This document shows, in pieces, positions 63,761 to 64,000 of a stretch of 64,000 nucleotides of DNA. Origin of the DNA: Takakia lepidozioides (lineage: Eukaryota > Plantae > Bryophyta); assembly GCA_030704615.1 (NCBI GenBank), contig CM060731.1, positions 45,136,001-45,200,000 on the forward strand, written 5' to 3'. A program made the position numbers and the translations under genes. The notes beneath the pieces were generated by a model that saw only the letters and a program-made list of their open reading frames with translations, was not told the DNA's origin and did not search any database. Position 1 is the stretch's first letter; each line of letters opens with the position of its first letter.

Positions 63761-64000
63761 ATCTCACTTCATTGTAGGGCATGTCGAACCCCTTCTCCTG
63801 CCTTGAATTTTCCTTTTCAAAAGTAGCCAAGAGAATGGTTACTTGACCAGTGTACTGTTTATCAATTGCAGGTGCTCATCACCTTTGAGACCCTCAAGTA
63901 CCTTGGATCCAACTCTATGTCCAAATCATAGCTCAAGTGGATACAATCGTAATAAAAGGTGGATATTTTCACTGGTGAAAAACCTGCCCAAAAGATTGTT

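Overview
Eukaryotic nuclear DNA from a plant. It is most likely a non-seed land plant (hornwort, liverwort or lycophyte type). This is inferred from a microbial-type terpene synthase (MTPSL) relic, RTE-X LINEs, PLS-class PPR debris and compact multi-exon genes. Apparently intact genes: the 5' part of GMI1/SMCHD1-like (runs off the left edge), an EMB1273-like plastid membrane protein, a CPYC glutaredoxin with signal peptide, a thioredoxin-like [2Fe-2S]/TPR fusion, tRNA-Gly(GCC), PUX1, a PAR1-family secreted protein and a LEA_2/NHL protein. There are also two divergent paralogues of an atypical F-box-like family. Debris includes an MTPSL pseudogene, a CYP71-clan 3' fragment, a SEC13/EF-Tu/PPR fragment mosaic (possibly Helitron-borne), a pogo/DDE_1 relic, a left-truncated CACTA element, an intronic LTR and a stack of RTE-X LINEs nested in each other's microsatellite tails. 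Two structures stand out. (1) A 1.17-kb insertion (17010-18177) made of two head-to-head inverted LTR+PBS units forms a ~224-bp perfect palindrome. It is flanked by a single 5-bp TSD whose empty site is present at 20306-20310. (2) A 28-nt templated inverted insertion frameshifts the MTPSL gene and creates a 30-bp perfect hairpin of coding sequence. All family assignments come from motif recognition by eye, not from database searches.
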